A DNA stretch of 64,000 bases, taken from an uncultured Clostridia bacterium. Its GTDB lineage: Bacteria > Bacillota > Clostridia > TANB77 > CAG-508. The stretch covers positions 7,088-71,087 of the forward strand of contig CALXJX010000001.1 of NCBI GenBank assembly GCA_944388735.1, given 5' to 3'. The notes beneath the pieces are model-generated. The model had not been told where the DNA came from, ran no database searches, and saw only the letters and a program-made list of their open reading frames with translations. This document shows positions 39,442 through 50,568 of this stretch, one piece after another. Positions within the stretch are counted from its first letter, which is position 1. Each line of letters starts with the position of its first letter. The translations under genes and the position numbers were made by a program.

Positions 39442-42400
39442 ATGAATAATAAAAGCAAATTTATATTATTTCTCATAATATTGATATCATTATTAATACC
39501 TTATCAAGTATTAGCAACAGATGATGTTGAAAATCAAGAGATAAAAACAGAAAAATTAGAAGTAGAAAACAAAAAAATAGGTACACAAGAAGATGGAAAT
39601 ATTACCAGTAATGAAGATAAAAAGATATTAAAGAAAAATGATGACGGAACAATATTTTATGGAACAGAAAAAGAATTAAAAGAACAAGAAGAACTACTTA
39701 AAAGAATACAAGAAAATGAAAAAATAGAAACAAAAACAGAAGAAGTTAAAAAAGATGAAAATTTAGAAAATAATAATATAGAAAGTGAAATAAAATTAAG
39801 AACAAAAGCAAAAGTAACAACGTTTTCTACAGAAACAACAACAGAATTAGATTCTGGAATGGATGGAATAGTATCAACATTTTCTATTGAAAGTGATCCA
39901 TCAGCAATATATCGTTATCACGCTACATATATTGAAAAACTTTCATTATTAACAAAGAAAACAGAAAAAATATGTGATTTTGAAAAATGGGCACTATCTA
40001 ATTATTTTGTACAAGGTAATATTGTATATGTGATGGTAAATGATTCAAGTAAGACAAATCCATATCATATACAAGGATATGATGTAATACAAAAAAAGAA
40101 AGTATTTGATAAAGAATTTGCAGTAGATGATGCAAGTTATCGTAATCATGATTTTGCTGTTGATAAAAATCAGAATTTCTTTTTTAAAACAGGAAAAGCT
40201 ACAATTACTTCATATAATAAAAATGGACAATTTTTGGATAAAACTACCAATGAAGCAGATGTTTCTATGGTAATAACTGGAATTACTCCAAATGGAAAAG
40301 TATTAGGAATTAAAATAAGTACAGGAAGTATTTTATATGGAACAGGTGGATATTTAATAATAAATAATGGTAAATTTTCAAGATATACAGGAACATTACA
40401 AGGACAACATTTTAATAATGAAATATTATATTATGAAAACAATAACTTTTATTTGCCATTAAGATTTAACAGCGAAGGCACATTTGCATTTAATGATTAT
40501 GGAAATGTGTTTAGTCTAAATTATTCTGCAGATGCCAACCGGTTATACGTCTGTTAGATGTAGTTATATATTTGATTCAGAAGCACCTTTATATGAGAAT
40601 AGAAAAAGAGGAAGTTTTTATAATGGTAATTTATATATTTTAGGAAAAGACAGTTTGATAATAGAATATAATTTAAACAAGAGAGAAGTAACATCAACAT
40701 ATAGATTTTCAACGGATTTTAATACAAATAAAGAAATAGAAGCTGTACAAGTATATAACGGAAAGCTATATGTATTATATAGAGATAAATCCAGTTCGAA
40801 AAATAAAAGTCTATTTGAAAAAACAATTTCTTCAATGACAAAAACAACAGAAACAGTAGCAACAGAACATACAGCATATAGTCATACAAAAGAACAAATT
40901 TCACAAAAATATAAAGAAGCAATGACAAAATTTGATTACAATCAAAGTATGTACCAAACAGAGCCAAGTTTGACAGCACCTTTCAGAGAAGGAACATTAA
41001 AAACACAGGTAAAACAAGACGGATTAAATAAATTGAACTTTTATAGGTGGTTATATGGAATTAATCAAGTAACAATTAATGAAGGCAGGATGTATAAAAA
41101 TGGTAGAGCAGCTTTAGTAATGGAAATTAATGATGAGCTATCTCACTATCCTAGCAAAGTAGATGGAATGTCAGATGCATTTTATCAAGATGTAAAGGAA
41201 GGAGCAGGAGCTGGAAGTAATTATTCAGGAAATGTATCTTATGGATATTCAAATATGTCAGAAGCAATAGTTGGATATATAAACGATAACTATAATATAA
41301 GTTCAGGAGTAGGGCATAGGATAAGTATGCTTGACACAAGTGCTAATCAAGTAAGTTTTGGATTATGCGGTTCATATAATGCTATGTCTGTATATGTAAC
41401 AAATTCAGATTTAGGGAATAATGATGAATTTTATGCATATCCTACACCGGGATATTTTCCAATAGATGAATATGAACTCGTTGAATCAGATAAAGCAACG
41501 GCAGGAGATACAAAATGGTCTTTAACTATACCTGAAAGTAAATATAAAATAAATAATTCAAAATTAAAACTAAAAATTACACTAAATGGTAAAAACTACG
41601 AAATAAGTAATTTGGAATATGATTCACGTACAAGAACAATTAGTTATTATATTCCAGGAGAACTAAAAAAAGAATTAACAGAAAATTCTAAAAAAATAGT
41701 AGCAGGGAAGAAAGTTACTGTTGAATTATATGATGGATTATATGATGAAAATTTCAATAAGAGAAAAATAAAATATACAACAGATTTCTTTTTTGCAAAT
41801 CCAATAGAAGCAACAAGTGCAACGGCATTTTTTGATAATTGGAGTGTTTCAGGTGGTAATGAATATACATGTTCATTAAATCAAGGTCAAGAAAAAAAAG
41901 TTTCAATACTTTTTACACCATATAATGCAACAGATACAAGATATAAAGTAGCAATAGATGATGCGAGCATTGTAAAATATGATGATAGTACTAAAAAGGT
42001 AATAGGAGTAGGACCAGGAAAAACTTATTTACATGTAAAAACGTTATCAGGAAGAGAACTTGTAAAAGTAACTATGACAGTAGAAGCTAAAGAATATTCT
42101 GTTCAATATACAACACATGTACAAGAAGAAGGTTGGCAGGATTGGAGTTCTGATGGAGAAACAGCAGGAACAACGGGAAAAGGCTTAAGATTAGAAGGAA
42201 TAAAAATTAAAGTAAATGGAAACCAACTAAGTGGAGGAGTAACATATAGTACACATGTACAAAACGAAGGTTGGCAAGAATGGAAAAACAATGGAGATAT
42301 GTCAGGAACGTCAGGAAAGAGCTTAAGGCTAGAAGCAATAAAAATAAAACTTACAGGAGATGCAGCTAATAAGTTTGATATATATTATAGAGTACATGCA

Positions 42401-43009
42401 CAAGAATTTGGATGGCTAGGATGGGCAAAAAATGGAGAGGCATCAGGAACGTCTGGATATAGCTATAGATTAGAGGGAATACAAATAAAATTAGTAAAAA
42501 AAGGTGGAGCTGCCCCAGGAAGTACGGCAAATTCATTTCATAAATCACCACCAAGAGTAAAATATGCAACACATGTACAAAATGAAGGTTGGCAAGACTT
42601 TGTGAGAGAAGGTGAGCCATCAGGAACAGTAGGAAAAAGCTTAAGACTAGAAGGAATAAAGATAGAACTAGAAAACAGCATCGGAGGAGGAATAGCATAT
42701 CAAACGCATGTGCAAGAAGAAGGATGGCAAGATTGGAAAGGAAATGGTCAAATAGCAGGGACAACAGGAAAATCATATAGACTAGAGGCAATAAGAATAA
42801 AATTGACAGGAGAAATGGAAAAGAAATATGATGTATATTACAGAGTGCAAGCACAAGAATTTGGATGGCTTGGTTGGGCAAAAAACGGAAATTCAGCAGG
42901 AAGTTCAGGGTATAGTTATAGATTAGAAGCAATAGAAATACGATTGGTAGAAAAAGGTAAAAAAGGACCAACGTCAACAATTGATGCTTATAAAACCAAA
43001 AAAGATTAA
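39442..43009 (+). CDS. Secreted surface protein: unknown N-terminal domain + CAP/SCP-like domain + Big_2-like + ChW repeats; continuous only if C40540 is skipped (+1 at in-frame CGG 40540-40542)
   Basis: Upstream frame ..VFSLNYSADAN then CGG (zero frame stops 5 codons later). The +1 frame continues GYTSVRCSYIFDSEAPLYENRKRGSFYNGNLYILGKD with similar repeat-like content (..NGKLYVLYRD). Signal peptide at the N-terminus and ChW units at the C-terminus. Confidence 0.72.
42455..42994 (+). repeat. 540-bp segment nearly identical to 38847-39386
   Basis: See the paired feature at 38847-39386. The offset between the two copies is 3608 bp. Confidence 0.9.
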
Positions 43010-43047
43010 TTAAAAATTTATGCTGTTGATGAAAGGCCAATGCAAAT

Positions 43048-43099
43048 ATGTGAAACAAAGTTAATAAAAATTTATGAAAATGTTTCACATTTTTGTTTT
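43048..43099 (+). terminator. Rho-independent terminator after the ChW gene cluster
   Basis: atgtgaaaca (43048-43057) pairs with tgtttcacat (43081-43090), followed by ttttgtttt. Confidence 0.65.
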
Positions 43100-43209
43100 G
43101 GTCAAATTTATATTAAAGTTTTTAAATCGGAAAATTATATAAAAAATTATTTCATTAATAAATAAGAGACAATTAAAAGTAAAAAAACAACAGACCAGAT
43201 ATTAAAGCA

Positions 43210-43320
43210 GAAGTATGTTTTTTACAATCTTATTGGCTTGCTCCATAACAGTTCAGAGGTCAAAGGGGAAAGTATGTTTTCTTTCGTAATCTTCTCGGCT
43301 TGTTACATAAATTATAAATT
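43210..43320. repeat. Repeat family A copy 3: truncated half-element with an internal partial duplication
   Basis: aacagttcagaggtcaaaggggaaagtatgttttctttcgtaatcttctcggcttgttacataaattataaatt (43247-43320) aligns to the left half of 18285-18497. A partial duplicate, gaagtatgttttttacaatcttattggcttgctccata, precedes it. Confidence 0.8.
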
Positions 43321-43399
43321 AAAAATATGGAATTTAATATTGGTTAATGATATAATAAAAATGAATTTATTATATTTATAAAATGAGGTGAAAGAAAAA

Positions 43400-44467
43400 A
43401 TGTCAGGAGAACATGAAATAGAAAATAATGAAAATAATAAGGAAGAAATTTCAAGTAAAAAAGAAAGGAAAATAAAAGGAGGAAAAAAGAATAAAAGAAG
43501 AGGTCTAAAAGCATTTGGAATTATTGTTTTAGTTTTACTAATACTGTTAGCTATAATAATAGGAAGTATAGTATGGGTTATTAATGATAAATTCTCAAAA
43601 ATGCAACAAGTAGATATTGACGAAGAAGAATTAAGTGTTGCCTCAGAAGTTGAGCAGAACTTAGCAGAATATAGAAATATAGCTCTATTTGGAATTGATT
43701 CAAGGCAAGATTCATACAGCAGAGGAAATAGAAGTGATTGTATTATTATTGCAAGTTTAAACAATACAACAAAAGAAGTAAAGCTAATATCTGTTTACAG
43801 AGATACTTATGTAAATATAGAAGGACATGGGCTAGATAAAATAACACATGCATATTCTTATGGAGAAGTACCACTAGCAATAAAAACATTAAATACAAAT
43901 TTAGACTTAAACATAAAGGAGTTTGTAACAGTAAATTTTGATGCAGTAAAAGAAATAGTAGATAATATCGGTGGAATTTCAATGAATATAACTCAAGAAG
44001 AAGTTTCACATATTTCGGGAATAAGTAAAGCTGGAACATATAATTTGACAGGAGAACAAGCATTAGCATATTCAAGAATTAGATATGCAACAGGTGGGGA
44101 TTACAAAAGAACAGAAAGAATGAGAGATGTTCTTACAGCAGTTATGAACAAAATTAAAACATTTGATATAAGTAGATTAAATAGTTTTATAGATTTTGTA
44201 TTGCCAAAAATATATACAAATATAAGTGCAAGTGATGTATTTAGTATGATACCAAGTTTAACGTCAATTAAAGTAGCTGATAGTATAGGCTGGCCATACA
44301 ATACACAAGGAATAACTTTAGACAGGTGGTATGGTGTTCCAATAACTTTAGAAAGTAATGTTAAGCAATTACATGAAGAAGTCTTTGGAGAAACAGATTA
44401 TACACCTTCAGAAACAGTAAAGCAGATTAGCCAAAGCATTGTCGATAAAACAGGTTATGGAAAATAG
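43400..44467 (+). CDS. LytR-CpsA-Psr (LCP) family transferase (paralog of 21515..22675)
   Basis: Same core motifs as the paralog (NIALFGIDSR..RSDCIIIASLN..DKITHAYSYG..GDYKRTERMR). ATG 43400 with RBS gaggtg; the ORF-track start is GTG 43388. Confidence 0.88.
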   Translation: MSGEHEIENNENNKEEISSKKERKIKGGKKNKRRGLKAFGIIVLVLLILLAIIIGSIVWVINDKFSKMQQVDIDEEELSVASEVEQNLAEYRNIALFGIDSRQDSYSRGNRSDCIIIASLNNTTKEVKLISVYRDTYVNIEGHGLDKITHAYSYGEVPLAIKTLNTNLDLNIKEFVTVNFDAVKEIVDNIGGISMNITQEEVSHISGISKAGTYNLTGEQALAYSRIRYATGGDYKRTERMRDVLTAVMNKIKTFDISRLNSFIDFVLPKIYTNISASDVFSMIPSLTSIKVADSIGWPYNTQGITLDRWYGVPITLESNVKQLHEEVFGETDYTPSETVKQISQSIVDKTGYGK

Positions 44468-44646
44468 ATAAACAAAAAAATAGATTATCAATAAAATAAT
44501 TAAAATCCAATAACAGAGGTAGAAAACTTTGTAGTTTTTTGCCTTAATTTTTTTGGAAACAAATCGGAAAGCCTTAAAATTCGTACTAATTATGCAAACC
44601 TATTATCAATATCCAACAAAAAAATACAAAAAATGCAAAAATACTA

Positions 44647-44675
44647 TTGAATTTATAACCTCATAATGGTACAAT
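44647..44675 (+). promoter_or_regulatory. Sigma-A-like promoter with extended -10, upstream of polysaccharide locus 2
   Basis: TTGAAT (44647-44652), a 17-nt spacer ending in TGg, then TACAAT (44670-44675). Confidence 0.5.
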
Positions 44676-44729
44676 TAATATGTTTATAATTAAGTAACAT
44701 AAAAAATTATGAATAGAGGGGAAATTATA

Positions 44730-45377
44730 ATGTACAAAGGGGTAAAGAGAATATTTGATTTCTTATTAGCATTAGTATTAATTGTAATTTTTGCTATACC
44801 TATGATAATTGTTGCTATTTGTATAAAGATAGAAGATGGAGGTCCAGTTATATATAAATCTAAGAGAATAGGTAAAGGCTTAAAAGAATTCAATGTATAT
44901 AAATTTCGTTCAATGAAAACATCGAGAGAAGAATTACATAGTAATTTAACACATGAGCAGATGGTAACCAAAGTTGGAAAAGTTATAAGAAAGACAAGTT
45001 TAGATGAATTACCACAATTATTTAATATAATAAAAGGCGAAATGAGTTTTATTGGACCAAGACCATGGATACCAGATTATTATGAGTGGTTTACAAGTGA
45101 ACAAAAAAGAAGAGTAGACGTACTACCAGGAATTTCAGGCTTAGCACAAGTAAGAGGCAGAAATGGAATTGATATTTTTACAAAAATAAATTATGATTTG
45201 CAATATGTTGATAATATTAGTTTCAAGTTAGATTTAAAGCTAGTCTTTGAAACTATAAAAACAGTTTTTTCTAAGGATGATGCAGAAATATCTGAACAAG
45301 GTATAAAGGAAGAAATTAACGAATTGAAAGCACAAACTGTTAATGGAAATGCTAATACATATAAGGAAGTTGTATAA
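44730..45377 (+). CDS. Undecaprenyl-phosphate sugar phosphotransferase (small bacterial sugar transferase), locus 2 priming enzyme
   Basis: MYKGVKRIFDFLLALVLIVIFAIPM..GPVIYKSKRIGKGLKEFNVYKFRSM..DELPQLFNIIKGEMSFIGPRP. RBS agagggg precedes ATG 44730. Confidence 0.85.
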   Translation: MYKGVKRIFDFLLALVLIVIFAIPMIIVAICIKIEDGGPVIYKSKRIGKGLKEFNVYKFRSMKTSREELHSNLTHEQMVTKVGKVIRKTSLDELPQLFNIIKGEMSFIGPRPWIPDYYEWFTSEQKRRVDVLPGISGLAQVRGRNGIDIFTKINYDLQYVDNISFKLDLKLVFETIKTVFSKDDAEISEQGIKEEINELKAQTVNGNANTYKEVV

Positions 45378-45468
45378 TTGTGATACCGGCTATAAAAAGC
45401 AGAATTAAAAGTATATAACTTCTATAAATAATTTATATTAAAAATAAACAGAAAGGCAAATTAAGAAA

Positions 45469-46224
45469 ATGAAAGAGGATTTAGTAAGTATCGTAGTTCC
45501 AGTATATAATAGTGAAAAATTTATTAGAGAGACAATAAATACTGTAAAACAACAAACTTATACAAATTGGGAATTATTACTTGTTAATGATTGCTCAACA
45601 GATAATAGTAAAAAAATAATTCAAGAATATGAAGAAGATGAAAGAATAAAATTGATTGACTTAAAAGAAAATTCAGGAGCTGCGATAGCTAGAAATGAAG
45701 GTATAAAACAAGCAGGAGGAAAATATGTAGCATTTTTAGATGCTGATGATTTATGGATTAGAGAAAAATTAGAAAAACAAATTAATTTTATGAAACAGAA
45801 TAATTATGCATTTACTTTTTCAGGATATGAATTTGCAAACGAAAAAGGCATAGGAACTGGAAAAGTAGTACATGTTCCACATAAGATAAATTATAGGCAG
45901 GCTTTAAAAAATACTACAATTTCTACATGTGCAGTAGTTCTAGATGTCGAAAAATTAGGAAAAGACTTAATAAAAATGCCAAATATCAGAAGGGGTCAGG
46001 ATACTGCGACTTGGTGGAAAATTTTAAAGGCCGGAAATGAAGCTTATGGGTTGGATGAATGCTTATTTCTGTATAGAAGAACAAATAATACATTGTCATC
46101 TAATAAAATAAAGGCCTTAAAAAGAACATGGAACTTATATAGAAATGTAGAAAAATTATCTATATTTAAAAGTGCATACTTTTTTTCATGCTATGTACTA
46201 AATGCAATAAAAAGAAGAGTATAA
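45469..46224 (+). CDS. GT2-family glycosyltransferase
   Basis: VSIVVPVYNSEKFIRETINTVKQQTYTNWELLLVNDCSTDNS..FLDADD. Confidence 0.85.
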   Translation: MKEDLVSIVVPVYNSEKFIRETINTVKQQTYTNWELLLVNDCSTDNSKKIIQEYEEDERIKLIDLKENSGAAIARNEGIKQAGGKYVAFLDADDLWIREKLEKQINFMKQNNYAFTFSGYEFANEKGIGTGKVVHVPHKINYRQALKNTTISTCAVVLDVEKLGKDLIKMPNIRRGQDTATWWKILKAGNEAYGLDECLFLYRRTNNTLSSNKIKALKRTWNLYRNVEKLSIFKSAYFFSCYVLNAIKRRV

Positions 46225-46243
46225 AAAGAGGAGGAAAAATAAG

Positions 46244-47545
46244 ATGGACAATCTAGTAAAAGATGAGCATATAATAGGAGTAGTTGGATTAGGATATGTT
46301 GGACTACCACTTGCAATTAGTTTTGCAAAGAAATATAAAGTTATAGGCTTTGACATTAACGAATCAAAAATACAGAAATATAAAAATGGTAAAGATGTTA
46401 CAGGAGAAGTAGGTGATGCAGAAATATTGAATTCTACAATTCATTTTACAGGAGACGAAAGGGCAATAAATGAAGCAGATTTTATAATAATAGCTGTTCC
46501 TACACCAATAGATAAGCATAATAAACCAAATCTTGAACCAGTAGAAAAATCATCTGAGATTGTAGGCAGAAATTTAAAAAAAGGAGCTATAGTAATATAT
46601 GAATCAACAGTATATCCAGGATTAACAGAGGAAATATGTATGCCAATATTAGAGAAAAACTCAGGAATGAAGTGTGGAAAAGACTTTAAGATAGCATATT
46701 CTCCAGAAAGAATTAATCCAGGAGATAAAGTACATAGATTTGAGACTATTACTAAAATTGTTTCAGGAATGGATAAAGAAACGTTAGAAAAAGTAGCAAC
46801 ATTATATGAATCAGTTTTAAAGAATGGCGTTTATAGGGCATCTTCTATAAAAGTAGCAGAAGCAGCAAAAGTAATTGAAAATTCTCAAAGAGATATAAAT
46901 ATTGCTTTTGTTAATGAATTGGCAGTGATTTTTAATAAAATAGGTATAGATACAAATGAAGTTTTGGATGCGGCGGGAAGTAAATGGAATTTCTTGAATT
47001 TTAGACCAGGGCTTGTAGGTGGTCATTGTATAGGAGTAGATCCATTCTATTTAACATATAAATCAGAAGAAATGGGACACTTATCCGAATTAATATTAGC
47101 AAGTAGAAGAGTAAATGATGGAATGGGAAAATTTATAGCAGACAATCTAGTAAAAGAACTAATAAAAGAAGGGAGAGTAGTAAAAAACGCAAAGGTATTA
47201 ATTCTAGGAGTAACATTTAAAGAAAATGTACCGGACTTAAGAAATTCTAAAGTTATGGACATTATTAAGGAATTACAAGAATTTGGAATTAAAGTATATG
47301 AAAAAGATCCATATATGAATATAGAAGAGATAAAAAGAGAATATGGAATAGATATAGATACAAATCCAAATAATGAAAAAGTAGATGCCATAATATTAGC
47401 AGTGGCGCATGATGAATATAAGGCAATAAGTATACAAGAATATAAGAAAATGCTAAAAGAAAATTGTGATTTAATATTTGATATAAAACAAATAGTAGAT
47501 AAAGAGGAAGCAAAAAAAGAAAATATAAATTTATGGAGATTGTAA
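46244..47545 (+). CDS. Nucleotide-sugar dehydrogenase (UDP-N-acetyl-hexosamine dehydrogenase-like, TviB/WbpO/CapL type)
   Basis: Rossmann motif GVVGLGYVGLPLAISFA and catalytic GGHCIGVDPFYL. Size is ~433 aa. Confidence 0.8.
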   Translation: MDNLVKDEHIIGVVGLGYVGLPLAISFAKKYKVIGFDINESKIQKYKNGKDVTGEVGDAEILNSTIHFTGDERAINEADFIIIAVPTPIDKHNKPNLEPVEKSSEIVGRNLKKGAIVIYESTVYPGLTEEICMPILEKNSGMKCGKDFKIAYSPERINPGDKVHRFETITKIVSGMDKETLEKVATLYESVLKNGVYRASSIKVAEAAKVIENSQRDINIAFVNELAVIFNKIGIDTNEVLDAAGSKWNFLNFRPGLVGGHCIGVDPFYLTYKSEEMGHLSELILASRRVNDGMGKFIADNLVKELIKEGRVVKNAKVLILGVTFKENVPDLRNSKVMDIIKELQEFGIKVYEKDPYMNIEEIKREYGIDIDTNPNNEKVDAIILAVAHDEYKAISIQEYKKMLKENCDLIFDIKQIVDKEEAKKENINLWRL

Positions 47546-47638
47546 TAAAAAAGAAAAATACAGAATACAAAAATTTGTAAAAGTTATAATTTATATAAAA
47601 TATTGTATTAATAATAAAAATTTAAGGAATGAGAAAAT

Positions 47639-49402
47639 ATGAATGTAGAAGTATTAATTTCGACAATGAATCTAAGAGAGCAAAAAGAGTTAATAAAAAA
47701 AAGTAATACAAAATCTTCTGTAATAATTAATCAAACTGAAAATATTACATTAGAAGATATCACTGAAGGAAAACATAGGTTATATTCGTATCAGGAAAAA
47801 GGTTTAAGTAGAAGTAGAAATAAAGCGATAAAAAATAGTAGAGCTGATATTTGTGCAATATCTGATGACGATATAAGATATGAAGATAATTATGAAGAAA
47901 TAATTAAAGAAGGGTACAGAAAATACCCTGATGCAGATGTAATAGCATTTTATTTGGATAATGTAGATAAAAACATTAACAGACCTAGGAGAAAAGAAGG
48001 GAAAATAAATTTCTTGAAAAGCATGCAAATAAAATCATCTCAAATAACATTTAAAAGAAAGTCAATTGTTGAAAAAAGTATTAAATTTAAAGAAAGATTT
48101 GGAGCGGGTTCAGAATTATATATGGGAGAGGAAAATATATTTTTGGCAGATTGCTTAAAAGCAGGATTAAAGATATATTATATACCAATAACAATAGCAA
48201 CTACACAAGAAAATAATTCTTCATGGTTTAGGGGATATAATGAGTATAACTTCAATGTGAGAGGTGCAGCATATTATGAAATGTCGAAGAATTTATATCC
48301 TCTATTAATTTTGCAATTTGCTATCAGGAAAACGAATTTATATGCAGATGTAGTAAAACCATTAGATGCAATTAAATATATGTTCAAAGGCGCTAATCAG
48401 TATAGAAAATCATTAAAAAAGAGAATCTATTTCATGGGGGATTTTTGTTCAAATACAGGTCCTGCTATAGTTAATAAAAATTATTATCCTTATATGCAAG
48501 AAGATGCTTATGTTTGTAAAACAAACAGTAAAGTAATTAGACCTTTACATTTTATTTTTAACATTTTTAGAAGTGATGTATTATTAATATCATGTTTATC
48601 AAAATTTCATATTAAGGCAGCTAAATTAACTAAAAAATTAAATAAAAAAGTTGTATATTTAATGCATGGATATAATAAAGTAGAATATTATTTAAATGAA
48701 GTTCCAGAAGACAAGAGAATATTAAGAAATGTCGAAGAAGAAATGATATCAATTTCAGATAAGATTATTTGTGTTTCAGAAAAATTTTGTGAATATATGA
48801 AAAATGAAAGAAAAGATATTGCAAATAAATTTGAATTTGTTAATAATGGAATAGAAATTTTAGAAAAACCAATAAAAAAAAGAGAAGATAATGAGAAAAC
48901 ATATACAATAATTTCTACTGGAGGAGGAAAGAAAAATAAAAATAATTTGACTGTATGTAAAGCAATTAGTAAGATAAAAGATTTTGAAATTAAATATATA
49001 GTTATAGGAGAATTAAGTACAGAAGGAGAAAAAATAAAAAAATACAACTTTGTGGAATACTATGAAAATTTATCTCATGAAGAAGTATTGAATAAAATGT
49101 ATGAGGCAGACTTATATATTCAAAATAGCTATTTTGAAACTTTTGGATTAGCTATTATAGAAGCTATAGAAACAGGCTGCAAAATATTGATAACTGAAAA
49201 TATAGGAGCTTTATCTATTATTGATAATATTGAAGAAAATATGTTAATAAATAAAAATGAAGATGTTGAAGAAATATGCAACAAAATAAAAAAAATGATA
49301 AATTGTAGAAAAAACTATAAGTATATAAATGACATACAACAATATACTTGGGAGGCTGAATCAAAAAGATTAAAAAATAAATTATTAGAAAGTGAAGAAT
49401 AA
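47639..49402 (+). CDS. Two-domain glycosyltransferase (N-terminal GT-A/GT2-like + C-terminal GT4-like)
   Basis: N-terminal VLISTMNL..LSRSRNKAIKNSRADICAISDDDIRY (DxD). C-terminal NSYFETFGLAIIEAIETGCKILITENIGA (GT-B). Confidence 0.7.
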   Translation: MNVEVLISTMNLREQKELIKKSNTKSSVIINQTENITLEDITEGKHRLYSYQEKGLSRSRNKAIKNSRADICAISDDDIRYEDNYEEIIKEGYRKYPDADVIAFYLDNVDKNINRPRRKEGKINFLKSMQIKSSQITFKRKSIVEKSIKFKERFGAGSELYMGEENIFLADCLKAGLKIYYIPITIATTQENNSSWFRGYNEYNFNVRGAAYYEMSKNLYPLLILQFAIRKTNLYADVVKPLDAIKYMFKGANQYRKSLKKRIYFMGDFCSNTGPAIVNKNYYPYMQEDAYVCKTNSKVIRPLHFIFNIFRSDVLLISCLSKFHIKAAKLTKKLNKKVVYLMHGYNKVEYYLNEVPEDKRILRNVEEEMISISDKIICVSEKFCEYMKNERKDIANKFEFVNNGIEILEKPIKKREDNEKTYTIISTGGGKKNKNNLTVCKAISKIKDFEIKYIVIGELSTEGEKIKKYNFVEYYENLSHEEVLNKMYEADLYIQNSYFETFGLAIIEAIETGCKILITENIGALSIIDNIEENMLINKNEDVEEICNKIKKMINCRKNYKYINDIQQYTWEAESKRLKNKLLESEE

Positions 49403-49407
49403 AAAAG

Positions 49408-50553
49408 ATGAATAAACAAAAATATAATATGCAAGAGATATTATTATTGCTATATGTTATATATGCTATAATGTTGTGTGCAGTACCTACAATATCAAGA
49501 ATAATCGGAAGTTATAGTATGATTATAAATTTTACTGTAGGAATATTATTATTTGTTATAAATGTTAAAAAATATGACTCGAAATTTTTATTTCTTATAG
49601 GTATAATGATAGTAAACTCAATAGGCGGGGCTTTAATAAATGATACCGGATTCGGAAGCTTAACAACTATGATTAACTTATATATTATACTTTTATATGC
49701 GGATAAAGTTAATATAAGAAAAAGATTTATTATAACTAGTTCTGCCATAATATTTATTGGAAATATATTATTTCTGATTGCAGATAAATCAAATTACAAT
49801 ACTAATAGTATTGGATATTTAGGATTTGCCATGACAGTATTTATATTTATATTATACGAAAATGTAGAGAAAAAAAATTTAATTATAAAAGTAATAATGC
49901 TATTGATAGCAATAATAAATGTAGTAAGAATATATTTTTCTGAATCAAGAGCATCATTAATGGGATTAATAGTTTTCCTCATACTTATGATATTCCCATT
50001 TATAATTAAGAATAAAAAAATATTTAAAAGCATAACATTAATAATTATATTAGGAGCAGTACTTTTTCCATACATATATGTAGGAATGTGGAAGAATAAT
50101 GTTGAAATAGACTTGGGGTCTGGAAATAAAAAGTTTTATTCAGGACGACAAGAAATATGGAGTAAAATGATGGATGAATTTGAAGGAAAAGAACTATATG
50201 GAATAGGATCTAATTTTAGAACTAAAAGTACAAACTCTTCTTTAAATGTACATAATTCTTTATTTGCTATTTATATGATATATGGTGCATTGAATTTTGT
50301 GATATTTTTGCCACTATTTATTAGATTTATATGGCGAATGCAAGAAAAGTCAAATTCAAAAAGCAATAGAATTGCTATTGCAGGAATAATTGGAATGCTA
50401 GTAATAAGCTATTATGAAACAAATTTAATATGGTCAGATGTATATATGTTTTTTATGATTTTATCTTGTATAGCATATAGTAAAGAAGAATTACCAGAAG
50501 AGGTTAATGAAGATTCTTTTAATTTTATTTTAAAAACAAAGTTAAATATATGA
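49408..50553 (+). CDS. O-antigen polymerase/ligase-like (Wzy) membrane protein
   Basis: About 10 TM segments and a periplasmic-type loop (YSGRQEIWSKMMDEFEGKELYGIGSNF) typical of the Wzy/O-antigen ligase family. Confidence 0.7.
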   Translation: MNKQKYNMQEILLLLYVIYAIMLCAVPTISRIIGSYSMIINFTVGILLFVINVKKYDSKFLFLIGIMIVNSIGGALINDTGFGSLTTMINLYIILLYADKVNIRKRFIITSSAIIFIGNILFLIADKSNYNTNSIGYLGFAMTVFIFILYENVEKKNLIIKVIMLLIAIINVVRIYFSESRASLMGLIVFLILMIFPFIIKNKKIFKSITLIIILGAVLFPYIYVGMWKNNVEIDLGSGNKKFYSGRQEIWSKMMDEFEGKELYGIGSNFRTKSTNSSLNVHNSLFAIYMIYGALNFVIFLPLFIRFIWRMQEKSNSKSNRIAIAGIIGMLVISYYETNLIWSDVYMFFMILSCIAYSKEELPEEVNEDSFNFILKTKLNI

Positions 50554-50568
50554 TTGAAAGGGAATATT

